Below are positions 1 to 13,050 of a DNA stretch of 64,000 nt, in pieces. Position 1 is the stretch's first letter; the number at the start of each line of letters is the position of its first letter. This DNA comes from Botryllus schlosseri (taxonomy: Eukaryota). A model generated the notes under the pieces. The model saw only the letters and a program-made list of their open reading frames with translations, did not search any database and was not told the origin of the DNA. A program made the position numbers and the translations under genes. The stretch is taken from positions 27,964,001 through 28,028,000 of the forward strand of contig CM119371.1 of assembly GCA_051294905.1 (NCBI GenBank). The letters are read 5' to 3'.

Positions 1-927
1 ACAATGATGATAAGACTGCTTGGATCGCAGGCTGGAGATCGGTGCAATCCCTTGGTTTTACTAATACGGGACCTTCCGATTAGCGAATGTGACTACAGTC
101 GAATCTGATTACCAACTCAATGTACTGTGGAACAGATTTAGCAACTTCAAAGAGGAATAGCGCTCAAAAGGAGATGTGTTCTCAAAACAGAATTGATAGT
201 TTTAAAGAGTTTTGGCAGCAACCGTTTCTCTCAGAACGCTACCGATTTCATGCTGCAGATACAATATTGTAGGCTACCATAGAGTTGCACCATTTTACTT
301 CATCCATATCTGAGGTATCAAGTGCACTCTTCATCATGCGTCATCGCTTCTTGGCCCTTAGCGAAATGATTATCACGCGATTAAGCAGTCAGGAATTTTC
401 GATACATCTTGGTCAACATTAAGAAGTATCTGTGTATCACGAAACACGACGGTTTATATGCAGCACAAAAGTATGCAATTGTCAACTTCATATAACGCCT
501 CTGCACAGCCGTTTTCAATTGCAAACTTCATGAAAGCTACAAGCTGGCAACTTGTTTAGAATTCCACACACAGATATACGCGGCTGAACGTCGTCTGTTG
601 TGCACCGCTATGCAGTAAACAAATATTTAAAGTGGTATCATAATATTCTTGAAATTTCTGCCTTCTGCCTCCACCCTTATTTGTATGGCATCGACCGCTA
701 ATTACGTGTAGGCCTACTGACTGGCTGTTTTTTTTCAAATTAGGGATATGGGAACGCATTGTAACAATTTGAAGGTCACACCGTTTAGTTCGTAATGCAA
801 CAATTGCGACAAACAAAATTTGAACTATACTATCGTACATGTGATTTTATTTGTTGGACAAACTTTACCATATTGGTTGTATATTTTTGAATCAGGATTA
901 CGCATACGGCGTAGGTAGGCTATACGT

Positions 928-1745
928 CAGGGCCGGGCAACTTCTCCAGTCGGCGAGCCGGATATAGGAAAATTAGGTACTCGACGGGCCGGATTGCTGA
1001 ATCGATACATCATTCGCTCATTTATCCACGTGTACAAGGAATAAATTGTATTCAATGAATGTACTTTACCGACAACAATGTCACTTCAAAGCCATTTCTC
1101 GCCGATAATGACGAAACAATGTAGATTTGAGAATATTGTCATACAGGCGCCGTCATGTCTGCTTCCAGATGATCAATGAACACATGGTGCAATCTTTAAT
1201 TAAGATTTCAAGGCATTCGATAAGCCCGATACGGCAAATTTACCAAGATATCAATTTATTAGGGTTGAGTAGGTGACGAGATAGCGTCGTTGTTCAACTT
1301 TGTGGCCTAATTAATCTCGATATTGAATTCATGCGGCCCGCGTCCTCCACGAAATTTGAAAAGTGGTCCGCGACCCGTTTTGAGTTGGCGACCCCTGACC
1401 GTGCTACAAGTCGGCGATTACGGATTAAAAAATAGGATATAACAGCCTGGTGTAAATGTTCATTGTAGTCGACAAACACCATGATTTCCACAAACGACAT
1501 TAGGGTTGAGTACATCGTAAATGCCAATAATGCAAGTCTTCTCGCTTCGACGAACTTACGCGTAAGCTCCACTCTCGCACGCTGCGGACACACGTATATA
1601 CTACAATACAGTCAATAAAATTTGACGTAGTAAGCAAATAGTGGGGAATCTCGTCAGACTGGGGCTGCGGGCCACATTATCATGTAAGGCGGAAAACTGT
1701 CCGCGGGCCGGATCCGGCCCGCGGGCCGTATGTTGCCCGCCCCTG
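928..1745. mobile_element. hAT (Buster/Charlie-type) MITE, chimeric
   Basis: TIR cagggccgggcaac...gttgcccgcccctg; perfect 8-bp TSD ctatacgt (920-927, 1746-1753); 928-1397 homologous to 23967-25130. Confidence 0.9.
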
Positions 1746-2446
1746 CTATACGTGATCACGGTACATAAATCAACAGGATTAAAAGTGGAATAATTGATAA
1801 AGATTCAATTCGGCGAATGTCGGTATCTTTTGCGCTGTAGCATGCTCGCTCAGCGTTGCTAATGAGCAGGGAATTCCACCAAGTCTCAAAAGGGGATCGA
1901 GAGCCTTCTAAAAGACACTTTTAGCAATTAACAAGCTTCAAAACTATTGCAGTGAATGCGTAGTAAGGTTTCAAGATGGTGCAACACAGGATAGTGTCAT
2001 TAATCTGTTAATCGAGTTGGCGATAAAGGTTTGTGATGAAACATACACCCACTGCGATATCAACCATGATGAAAATGCGCTCGCGTGCAGTTTTGCTTCA
2101 GCCTGGATAGCCTATGTATGTTCGGATGCCAACTGGCTCAACGAATCATATCGATTTTACGAGGCAGGTATCACTATTGCGGAGGGAATCCAGGCTCATG
2201 AAAACGCAAGCTGTCTGCGTCATGCTCACGCCAGATTCCTAAGATCGACACGGGCAAGTTAAGTCGAAGTTACCGTTGCCCTCAACAACGCTTTAGGGGA
2301 GGACAGCCAAATAGCTCCTCGCAATGAAAAGCTTATCAGACGGATCAAAAAGAGCGCACACGCCAACGGTAGACACGAGAAGCTAAGGATGAGAAATCTG
2401 TATTTCGCAGTAGTTAACTACGTAACATGATTTTTACCTTCTATCG

Positions 2447-2690
2447 CAGCGGCGAGATGACGTATTGGTATAATCTACAGCTGCAACACCAATGGGTTGC
2501 GGGTTCGAGTCCGGCCGGCTGTTTATCTAGGCTCCTCCTCGCCACATTATCCGTGTAAGCGGTGTCTTATAAAAAGCCTAGGAGTGGGCCGTGCTACAAG
2601 TCGGCAGCTACGGAATAATAATGATGAAAATGGGCCTGGTGTAAATGACCATTGTAGTCGACAAACACCATGAATACAACAACAACAACA
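2447..2690 (+). mobile_element. tRNA-derived SINE with (CAA)n tail
   Basis: A-box-like tgacgtattgg, B box ggttcgagtcc (2502-2512), (caa)n tail, TSD accttctatcg/accttctgtcg; a 3' fragment of the same SINE lies at ~1398-1485. Confidence 0.85.
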
Positions 2691-4011
2691 ACCTTCTGTC
2701 GTATGAAGAGATTCTATAGTGTCTTCATCCTAGCCCTGCACGTAATTCTAGTAGCATGACTTGGTGGCTTGGCACCTTTTGTTTTGCATTTCGGAGGGTG
2801 CTTTTCCACCAGCTTGGATCAGATAGTTGTGAATTTACTTCCACGTTCCGTCGTTAATCGGTCTACTTAATGAGATATGTCGTTAGCAATTCCAATTATT
2901 CTAAATGCACAAGTTTTAGTAGCAGACGAAAATGTATAGAAATCCGCGAAATCGACATTATCTGAAACTCAACCTCGGAAATTCTATCATAATCGACTGA
3001 GGTTGACGGTGATGCTCTAAAATTGCGAAGCAAAAAGTTGTGGCGGGAGTATCTTTCTTGACCCGAGAAAGGCGCCGTCTTCAATATGAGCTTGGGCGTT
3101 CTGCTTCTATGATTATACACTTTAATGTTCTAGGTATCAGTGGCGGCTCGTCCTGTAGGGCAACTGGGGCATTGACCAACCTAAATGGTCAATAACAATG
3201 ATTTACTATTTATAGACGCTCAGCAATCAATATATACTGGAATCATGGCGAAAATCGCATTCTTTTTGTGCTTTCACTTGTAAATGCCCATACATAGCGA
3301 ACTCTCGACGAAAATTGAATGATCTTCTGTGTTTTCGCTTTGTAAAAGCCTAGCCGGGACTTGCCCCGGTAGCGCTCATAACAAGCTTTCACTGTCTGTT
3401 CTCTCAAAGCCGCTCACAATAAAGAAACGCCGAACTACTCTCTCCTATTCATCAAATTACCGAGCAAGTGGGGCAACTTGGCGAATCGCCCTGCCAGTGT
3501 GATGTAACAACGGTATATATATCTGAACTCTGTTACCGTCCTATGCGTTGAGTCGACCTTTGGTGGTATAAGTCGATATTGACGCAGTGTTGGGATGACT
3601 CGAGTCACCTTTTTCGTATGACTTGACTTGACTCGAGTCACTTTGCAAACATGACTTAACTTGACTTGACTCGGTGTCTCAAAAATGTGGAATGACTCGT
3701 AACTCGGAGCAAATTTAACGAGTCAATTTCAAGTCATCAAGTAATCAGTGTAGATAGGAAGCGCTCTATATTCGGCATATGTTCGGATCGTTCTCGATAC
3801 GCTGGAGTGACCTGTGGCAGCGACCAATTTCATCATTCAGTGATTTTGCGTTCTACTGAAAATCCATTGCTCGATCACAAATCAAATTGAAGGTAAACGT
3901 AGTGGCCGGAACCTACAGCGCACTTTGTCGTCAACTAGTATTATAAGTAAAAATAATAGCAAAGTTTCGATCTCTGTTCTATAGACTGGTCACTGGTGCT
4001 AGGATAGATGC

Positions 4012-5008
4012 CAGTGTTGGGATCAAGTCACTACCTTCGAGTCAAGAGTCATCTCGAGTCATTGCAGATTTTGACTCGAGTCAAGTCAAGTCAATCGATT
4101 TTCGAAGGTGACTCGAGTCAAGTCAAGTCACTCGATTTTTTGAGGTGACTCGAGTCAAGTCGAGTCAAGTCAAGTCAAGTCAAGTCAAGTCAAGTCAAGT
4201 CACAATTCAAGTCAAATTGAATTTTCGAAGTATGAGCGATGATTCAAAGTCATTACATTTTGCTTGCTGTGTGAAAGGCAGAATAATTGATCATTTATCT
4301 TGTATCAAATAACGAATATCTAGTTAAATATACATGCAGAAAGACGTTGTATCCCTCACGCACACGTAGAGCTGCTAATGAAATACGTGAGTGACTGTAC
4401 AGCTACATGGTGCAGTCAGATATTATCAGCCAAGATATAGGACCTATGATACGAAGCTTCGAGAAATTGAAACAAATTGATATGGTACAATAGCCTACAC
4501 TACCCATCTACACATCCGTGAGAATATAAACGCACAAACTATATTTGTTCGATTTAAATCATACTAAAGGGTTGGTAAATGTGAGCACTGCGCAACGTGA
4601 GCACTGAGCCGTCTAAGAAACTGAGACACATTGATATTTAGATTAATCTTCTACTACTACTTCGACATCGTAAGCTGTGATCGTTTAGTATGCGGTCAAT
4701 TTATTTGTGATCTAACAATTGAGGATAGGGTAACGCAGAATGAGTGAATGACTGGTTGTTCTCACAAGTGACACCGCCGTATCTCGGACAATCCGAACAT
4801 ACACAAGATACAGCGATTTATTCGACACCGTTTACTTCATGACTTGAAATTGACTCGTAAATTTTGCTCCGAGTCACGAGTCAATGCACATTTTTGAAGC
4901 TCCGAGTCAAGTCAAGTCAAGTCATTTTTTCGAAGTGACTCGAGTCAAGTCAAGTCATACGAAAAAGTTGACTCGAGCCAAGTCATGACTCGAGTCATCC
5001 CAACATTG
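4012..5008. mobile_element. Same-family MITE nested in opposite orientation
   Basis: TIR cagtgttgggat...atcccaacattg; TSD atagatgc/ctagatgc; (caagt)n arrays. Confidence 0.9.
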
Positions 5009-5251
5009 CTAGATGCTAGCCTTAACCAACAACATGTATGATTTAAATGGAATTCGAGTATAGTTTACAAGTTTATATTACTCGTCAACCACTGGGACAG
5101 GCATAAATTGTATCACATGGATATTTAGTTAGGTAGTGCATCATATAAATTTGTTTCAATTATCTCAGGTTTCGTATTCTTTTCTTTATTTTGGCGGATA
5201 ATTATAGACTGAGGATATACAATAGTTACTTACGTACATTAGCAGTTCTAG

Positions 5252-6416
5252 TAGAGATGGTCAAAGTAGTCAATAAAGCTACTCAAGTAGAAGTAGAAGT
5301 AGCGACAGAAAAATCTACTCAAGTACGAGTAGAAGTACTTCTTACATAAGCAACCTAAAACTGCTTGAAATAAAAGTAGAATTGACCGACTTTAAATCTA
5401 CTCAGGTAAGTAAGTAGTTGTGAAAACGATCGTAATTCGTTCGCATGGACTGTCAAAAGCTGTAAATGGAGCTATGCGGAAGGTGTAACGAGATTGATTC
5501 ATATTTATGCATCCCAGGATGTGTCATTTTTTGACAGAATAAGCAGTCGTCCACATCATGGGATGTAAAGGATAGTATTGATATGGAAATGCGATGCTAA
5601 TCTTTTGTTTACTCGAACGCCCCATTTCGAGAAAATCATGGCATAGCCCCCTCCCCAAAATATAAGGCCCCTAATTCAGTCGAAGAGCAATACGGAGAAG
5701 TTGTGTCGGATACGGCTTTAACACTTTGCGCGATTAGTATACGTTAATTAAAAATATGGCAGATCGTAAAAATGTTATACAGTATTTAGCTTCATTTTCG
5801 GAAAATATAAGGCATACTACACTTGCTTTTCTACTTCAACATGTATGTTCTCCAGACAAAAGAACTGAAACTATAATTAGAACTCAACGTATAATACTCG
5901 TAATTGAAAGAAAAATACAAATATTACTTCTAAAAAATATATGTTTCATGTCTTTTGTCCAGAAAGTTTCAACGGTGGTCAGCTAAAACAGGTCTAACGT
6001 TGAAAAAGTCAATGTCCACTTTTCCAGATTAGGACACGTCATGGGCTGCTAGGTATAATGGGTAATTGCTAAATTGCGAAGCGATACTTTCATTAAAACA
6101 TATTTTTCACTCCATATCTACTATGCGCGAAGCGCAACGAAAATTCTGGGTATTACATGACTTTTATGAAAATTAAATGTTGGTACTACGTGAAAACAGC
6201 CCCAAAAGTCCTTCGGATATCTTTCTTGTTAGGGGATTAAACTACTTCTACTTGACAAACCGAAAATAGCGAAAAGTAAGTAAGTAGTTCACAAAATATT
6301 ACGAAGTACAAGTAGAAGTAGCGAAAACAAGATCTACTTGAGTAAGTACCAGAAGTAGAGAAAAACTACTTGAGTACTTCGAAAAAGTAGAAGTACTTCG
6401 TTACTGACCACCTCTG
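5252..6416. mobile_element. hAT-type MITE with aagtag/tactcaagta subterminal repeats
   Basis: Ends tagagatggtca...tgaccacctctg; degenerate TSD agttctag/agctctac; same family as 7510-7775. Confidence 0.8.
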
Positions 6417-7509
6417 AGCTCTACGCACGTGTGGGCTATACAATACAATGCCTTTTTGCATGTATATTATTACCTCTATATTTGTTCCTCGATTTAAAAT
6501 AAATGTCGATTCAAGCTATTTATTTCAAACAGGTTGCAGAATGCAATGACATACTCATGCGTCGTATTTCGAAAAGACAACTTGACTTGAATTGTGACTT
6601 GACTCGTGACTTGACTTGACTTGCCTCGACCTGACTCGAGTCACCTTCAAAAATCGAGTGAGTTGACTTGACTCAAGTCACTTTCAAAAAATCGATTGAC
6701 TTGACTTGACTCGAGTCAAAATGAGCAATGAATCGAAATGACTTGTGACTCGAGGGTAGTGATATGATCCCAACACTGTTTTGAAGGTGTTTCGCAACAT
6801 GATAATTCTTGAAACTTGGGGTGTAATGTCGTGATGGTGATATTTACCACTGCTCCAAGTTTCAGGGTTGTTGCATAAAGTATAGGGCAGTAATTTCGTT
6901 TCCAAAGTTGACTGTGTGCTGATCCGTCATGTATCGCAAACAGATTTTACTCGAAAGCGGGTATTGGCCTCTATTGATTTTTGTGATTTTCCATACCGAG
7001 AATGGTCATGACACAGCACAGTATGTCGTGGTTTTAGTATCGAACGCTGTGCCAAGTCCCAAGGTTGATACTCAATGATCAGGGCAGTAATTCGTTATCG
7101 AGGTCGAGTATGGTAGAGATGTACGCTGATCTGACACAGAGGCCTAACTACCACATTGCGGATTTCACGCAAAAGCTGGTGTTGATCTGTTATAATTTAA
7201 ATGTGTTTCATATTGAGATAGGTGATAAGATGATGATCTCATGAAACAGTTTAGTAAGGTTCTCGGTTTGCCATGTTTCTGCGCGGCACGCGAAATGATC
7301 GTGTGGCGACTATAGGCGCAGAAGCCTGTCTAATCTTGACGGTGGTAACCCCGGTATAAATCAAACACAGCCCTTTACTACAATGATTAAATATGTAATG
7401 ACACAAAGTAGGCAAGGGCAGAGTGAACGTAGAATTTATAACAACCGACCGCAAATCTTCAACCGTCCTTACAGCAAATTAACCAACAAAAACAGGTCTA
7501 CCAATTGAA

Positions 7510-7775
7510 CAGAGGTGGTCAAAGTAGTCACAATCGCTACTCAAGTAGAAGTAGAAGTAACACAGAAATTTCTACTCAAGTAGAAGTAGGAGTGGTGGTT
7601 CACAAGTAAGTAAGTAAGTAGGTATTCTACGCTTATTTTTGCCTACAAAACTGAAAACTGTCAAGTAGAAGTAGAAGTAGTCTAAAATCATAACTACTTA
7701 AAAAGTAGTGTGAGTAGGAAAAATCTACTCCAAGTACTTCAAAAAGTAGAAGTACTTCGTTACTGACCACCTCTG
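7510..7775. mobile_element. Short hAT-type MITE (family of 5252-6416)
   Basis: TIR cagaggtggtca...tgaccacctctg; perfect TSD caattgaa. Confidence 0.9.
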
Positions 7776-8667
7776 CAATTGAATATTTAGAGAAAGAAAA
7801 CGCGACTGATAATGATGATTACACCGAGCAGCAATCAAATAGAAATACTCAAATTACACACGAAACAAGGTAATGCCGTACGCACGCGCTAACAAATTTA
7901 CTTTATATTGCCAAATGTCAATTTCCCCGTGAAATTGTGGCCTTCAAGTCATTTGCTTACAACCCCCTATCAAGCGTGATAGCTACTTCGTTTTCGATGA
8001 CGGCTAACAGCTGACGAGTGTCAGCCGAAAATATTCGGGTTCATTTCAATATGAATATACTATTCAATTGTATACTGAAGTTCTGTACCTCCAAGGAGCT
8101 CTTCAAATATATTTTGCGCAAAATTCGGCGTTTTTACGCAAGACACGGCGCTTATCAGCCTGGTAATTGCCCATTGTTATAATCGTACGCCAGAGGAAAG
8201 CGCACTCTTACCTTTTCCCAACGTGTTTCGATAAAAATGAATGGCTGAAGCATATGCGAGGATAACGTCCCTATCATAAGGACGCCTTGTTATACCCTTT
8301 TACCTGCTGGTGGAAGGCGCAGTGTCTCTAGTTCGACCGAAATTGGGTATCGTGATCTGAAGCATGAGGTCTACTGCAAACGGTGTCTCGATATTACCTG
8401 ATGGTCGACATTGCTCGGCTCGAGTTGACTTAATTGTTTTTTTATATTGCAATACATCTTTTTCCGAAGTAGTTACCACTAGTGAATATTTAAAATTCCT
8501 ATAGTCGAAGAATCGCTTTCTATCAACTTTGCTGCAGTAATTAGGCTCGATGCGTTAGATGTGCTCACGATTCTTAACGATCTCATTCCGTTAAAATATG
8601 CAAGTATATGACCTACTGCAATTCATATTTTATTTCGAATAATTTTAAATACGTACGCTATGTTAAC

Positions 8668-8900
8668 TGTTGTGACCTTGCGAGGAAAACCCACCAATAG
8701 ACATACGGCTTTCTAGGCTTTTATTTACTAAAAGTGTAGACTATGCTACAAATAATATAAACGTTAAAACAGAAGTAAATCAGGAAACACATGCTACTCT
8801 CAGAACGCCCTACACAAGAATGATAAACTAACAGATAGACAAACGCACGAAATAATTACTAGCGGAAATGAAGAGACGGTAAGATAAATATATCACCACA
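8668..8900 (-). mobile_element. 3' LTR of a Gypsy-type retrotransposon
   Basis: On the minus strand TGTGGTG...CACAACA termini, preceded by a purine tract (ggggagat) just after the integrase stop; AATAAA at ~8720-8725. Confidence 0.7.
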
Positions 8901-8939
8901 ATCTCCCCAGCCGAAAATGATCGGCCCACTGAACTGAAG

Positions 8940-9770
8940 TCATGTTGTGCGGTCACCATACCAATCTGGCACTCGTCTGATTCTTGATGACCTTCGGATC
9001 GGTGGCTCATCAACAGTTGCATCGGAAACGTTACGACCGATTGAGGTATCGTGGGAGTCGTTTTGAGTATCGACAGGAGAGTTTGAATGATGATCTGAGG
9101 AGTTTTGAGATAATAAACCATTCTGGTCGTTGTTGATTTCGGCAGAACGCAAGTCGACTGCAGGCTCGATGGAACGGAAATCAAGCCCATTATCGTTCTC
9201 TTCGCGCAGGCACGGGGCTAGGTCCTTTACTGATATAGTTGATTCCGTCCCGTTCCTGTGACGAATTAATGCATATTTCGGGTTAGCATCTAAAAGCTCT
9301 ACTCTAACCACTTCGCGATCACTCTTGTTGCGAACAAAGTTCCGTAGCAGCACAGTATCATCGTTCAGTAGCCGATCAGGTATCGACACACCCAGCATAG
9401 ATCTGCGCTCGAAGCTGAAAAATCGGTCATGAGGACAACAGTTAGTAGACCTGCTGAGTAGAGACCTTATCGAATGAAAGGCATCGGGTAGGACTTGCTC
9501 CCACAACCGTTCAGGCAACCTTTGAGTAGTTAAGCGGAGTTTATTTGCCTTCCAGAGCGTTTGGTTCAAACGTTCACACCGAGCATTACCCGTTGGATGA
9601 TAGGGAGTTGATTTGCTTGTCGCAACACCTTTACGCGTCAGGAAGGCCGTTACGTCTTTTGATAGGAATGAAGTTCCCCGATCACTGTGGACGTATTCTG
9701 GGAGTCCAACAAGAGAAAACAATGAAGACAGGCAATTGATTACAGTACCAGGGTTCATATCACGACATGC
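8940..9770 (-). mobile_element. 5'-truncated Gypsy/Ty3-type integrase (rve core, C-terminal part)
   Basis: ORF 8940-9758 with HSDRGTSFLS (D), STPYHPTGNARCER (E) and terminal RRSSRIRRVPDWY; first catalytic D and HHCC domain missing. Confidence 0.9.
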
Positions 9771-11356
9771 ATTCTGATCTTTGCTACGATTTTAAGTGAC
9801 AGACACCTTCGTTGCCACGTTTGCTGGATAGAAAATGCTGAAGATGTTACGTTGGTAGAGGGAACGGTTTTGTTATTATTGTTCTATCGACTGTATATGC
9901 CAGCACACGAATGAAATAGGCTACACCGCGGACGGTGTGATAGCAGACGGTGTGATACACAACTAAAACCTGCGCTATGGCTTTATCCCGATAGATCATG
10001 CAAGACGTGATTTCGAAGAATCATACACCTGTACGGATTTGGATATGGGAGCACATTACATGAGAGTTGAACTTCCTAAGACAGTATATTCCTGAATTCT
10101 TATATCCTTTCCATTAGGTACAACATCGCCATATAGTCTACAAATCAAGCTGTTGGCTGTATATGGAATTTATCAGGCGTTGACAGGTCTCAAGTGTAAT
10201 AGTGTAGTGAGTGTTTCGATAATATTACCCTAATGCACAGGACAGTATGGTAGTTATATTGTCACTACTGAATCTGATGCGGCATCATACATGTCCAGTT
10301 GAAATTTTAAAGTCGAGGTCGGGAAGTTGACTTCTACACGGTATGTCTAGAGTCATTTTGGTCAAGAACTTTAACATCACAATTAACATCACAATAACGA
10401 TATGCAAATAATTAGCAAAATGCGCTCACATTAATCACATATATGTATCAGCTCGCCACATATATAGGCTACATCGACTATATAGTCGATTGAATGAGAT
10501 CAAAATATTACGGCGAAGTCGATGGTGTTTCTGGTTATGACCGTGACTTGAAATAGTTAGCGAAAAACAATTGCTCTCTGTGGTGTAACTCCTATGTGAT
10601 AGTCATGTTCCAAATTCGTGTAATTTGTTGTGTTTCAACTTTGACTGCCTTGCTTTTCGGACGAACGATATTTATTACTCATGCGCCAACTGATTATGTT
10701 CTGAAATTTAGCATCGGCCAAACTCTATTCTTTTTACTATTATTGCTTGTGATCGCGAAATATGTCTGCGAGTACGTTTACATTTTCGAGAATCCAACAG
10801 GGCTTCTGTTTGCTTCAACTATAGTAGCCTAATTACGTGCTCAAGTATATAGACTATCTTCAGTTTCACGTGAACTGTTTTAAAAGAATAATCATTATGT
10901 TTTGACTTGTAGAGGCTTTCAGGTAGAACATTGTATTGAAGTATATCCGCGTCATCGTGACGATGGAAACTACGTAACAAAACAATTATGCGATACAGAC
11001 TCTGAATGATCGCAAAAAATTATTTCGGGTACTTTTCATATCTTTATTTTCTACTTCTATTAGAGATAGTTTTGACATGCTCTGAAAATCACTACTTGTA
11101 CTTGCAATGCAAATTGACGGCATTACAGTTCTGCCGTTGTGTACTAGCAATAAATACTTTCACTATACCTCAGGCTGTGTTATATCGAATAATCGTCTTC
11201 TGCGATTCGATAAACCGTCTTTTTATGCTGTAATCTTTTTAAAATGGTAACACACGACTATAAACCAAATCATGCTTGATATTTAATGACAGGCTGATAC
11301 AACGCATTGTATGCACTTCACAGCGTAAGTCATAAACGTTTTTCGACTGGTAAGAA

Positions 11357-11983
11357 ATGGCCCCTTCCCAGCGTCGTAACGGCTCCAATGATAATATTTG
11401 CGAGGTGTGCGGGAAAAGCTTTATCCTCAAATGTAATCTGACAAGACACAAGAACATTCATGCTGCGTCCAAGGATTTTGAGTGCGACATATGCGGTAAA
11501 AGCTTTCTGCAAAGGCATTACTTTAGCACTCATCTTTCGAGCCACGCAGGAAGGAAGGATTATAATTGCGACATATGTCAGAGATCATTCAACACAAACT
11601 GCAACTTGAGAAATCACGTGAAAATTCCCGCCGGGGTGAAAGAGTTTGAGTGCTAATTCTGCGGAAAAGCATTTCGTACGAAGTCAAACCGTAATGGACA
11701 CATCAAGATGAAACACTCGAAAACCAGAGAATACGAGTGCGTTATATGCGAGAAAACATTTGTGCAAGCGTCTCACCCAAAGTGTCACTATTCCGTCCAC
11801 ACGGAAATGAAATACCCGTGTGACGTATGTGGGAAAATATTCAATAACATATCCAACTCGAGAAGACACAGCAAGATTCACTTGGGAGTAAAACAGCACG
11901 AGTGCGAAATATGCGGGAGCAGATTTAGTGAAAAGAGTTCTCTTCTGCGTCACTTACGAATCCACGGAAGCGACGGGAAGTAA
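11357..11983 (+). pseudogene. C2H2 zinc-finger gene, 7 fingers, in-frame premature stop (ZF copy 1)
   Basis: ORFs 11357-11656 and 11708-11983 are in the same frame; TAA at 11654 replaces the GAA of paralogues; finger 3 has lost its last His (KIPAG). Confidence 0.85.
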
Positions 11984-12682
11984 GGATGCGAGAATCCGTG
12001 GAACAATTAGGAGATGGGTGGTCATGGATCTAGTAAATTCATCCGTTACATCCGTGGATAAGTTTTGATAAGTATAAGTAATATCATATTACATCTTGGT
12101 AACAATGAATTGGTGTGGCGAGGTATTGTCGTCAGTCACAACAAGGTTTACATATGAGACCAATAAACATATTATCGTAGGGTAGAGCAATTTATGAGTA
12201 AGTAGACGTTTCGCGCAACTATCTTAAACTATAGTCTAGGATACCGGGACAGCGAAATTGGCCTCATTTAGACTACCGAAATCGAAATCTCGGTGGAATG
12301 TGATATCGCTGTTTGCGACGGAAGATCGATTTTCTTATCAAATGCACATTGACGATTACATGGTATCTTGAAGAACAAGGTTATTTGGCGTATAGCCCGT
12401 TGCTAATAGTCTTTAGGCGTTCGCTTTTAGGGATTATCGACGTGTTCTTCATGACATGGCGCATCATACTGTAGCGTACTGCTCGCCTGAATCGGCTTGT
12501 TTCTTGATTTGTTTGCGTGCACTCTTCGTTGTGTTACCTATTGCAGTTTGCGAACCGTATTCATCAGCAGCGGTATTTTTGCTTTTTTTAATAAAAGTGG
12601 AAGTATTTGTTGATTGTCAACTGCTCGAATTTTGTCTTCAATGTCAACGACGAACATGCTTGTATGCAACCTTGCATATAGT

Positions 12683-12837
12683 GATCCGCAGCTGAAATGC
12701 AAGGAATTTCTACAAAAGATGTGATATTGACGTTGCAAATTATAATATATGAAAAAGGTTCACAGTGCAGAACCTACCAAGGTTATTTGTGAACGTGAAC
12801 CTCTAGATTTCTGAGGTTCACGTTCACACCATCCGCA
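12683..12837. mobile_element. Fragment of the gtgaac/gttcac hAT MITE family (see 55471-58004)
   Basis: Matches ~57822-58004 including the terminal ggttcacgttcacaccatcc. Confidence 0.7.
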
Positions 12838-12985
12838 GTAAAACCATAATTGTTGACTCACATTTGCAAGTTACTGTAACCCAAACACCCCCCTTTTAGG
12901 GTTCTTGGGTATGGGCCGCAAAGGGCATAATGTTGGGTCACCACGGCACCGGCGCAATCTTTTAATTTGTATCTAATATTTGTTG

Positions 12986-13050
12986 GACCGTAACCGCCGC
13001 ACACCAAACCCCTCAATTGGGGGTCGAGGCGAGCTCGAAGGGGGGCTCAA
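12986..13050. mobile_element. Left-end fragment of the 44493-45847 MITE family
   Basis: ccgtaaccgccgcacaccaaacccctcaattggggg...gagctcgaagggg matches 44497-44555. Confidence 0.6.

Larger units (their letters stand above)
3585..6778. mobile_element. hAT-type MITE (gactcgagtc/caagt subterminal repeats), outer copy holding two nested insertions
   Basis: TIR cagtgttgggat...atcccaacactg; degenerate TSD tattgacg/ttttgaag; internal pieces are the reverse complement of 4012-5008. Confidence 0.8.

Noticed and set aside
2450..2520. tRNA gene
   Set aside because: A/B boxes are present but followed by a body, tail and TSD, so it is a SINE head
11654..11656. Stop-codon readthrough or alternative genetic code in ZF copy 1
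   Set aside because: TAA is the normal terminator of the paralogues; a single G-to-T change plus other damaging substitutions indicates pseudogenisation
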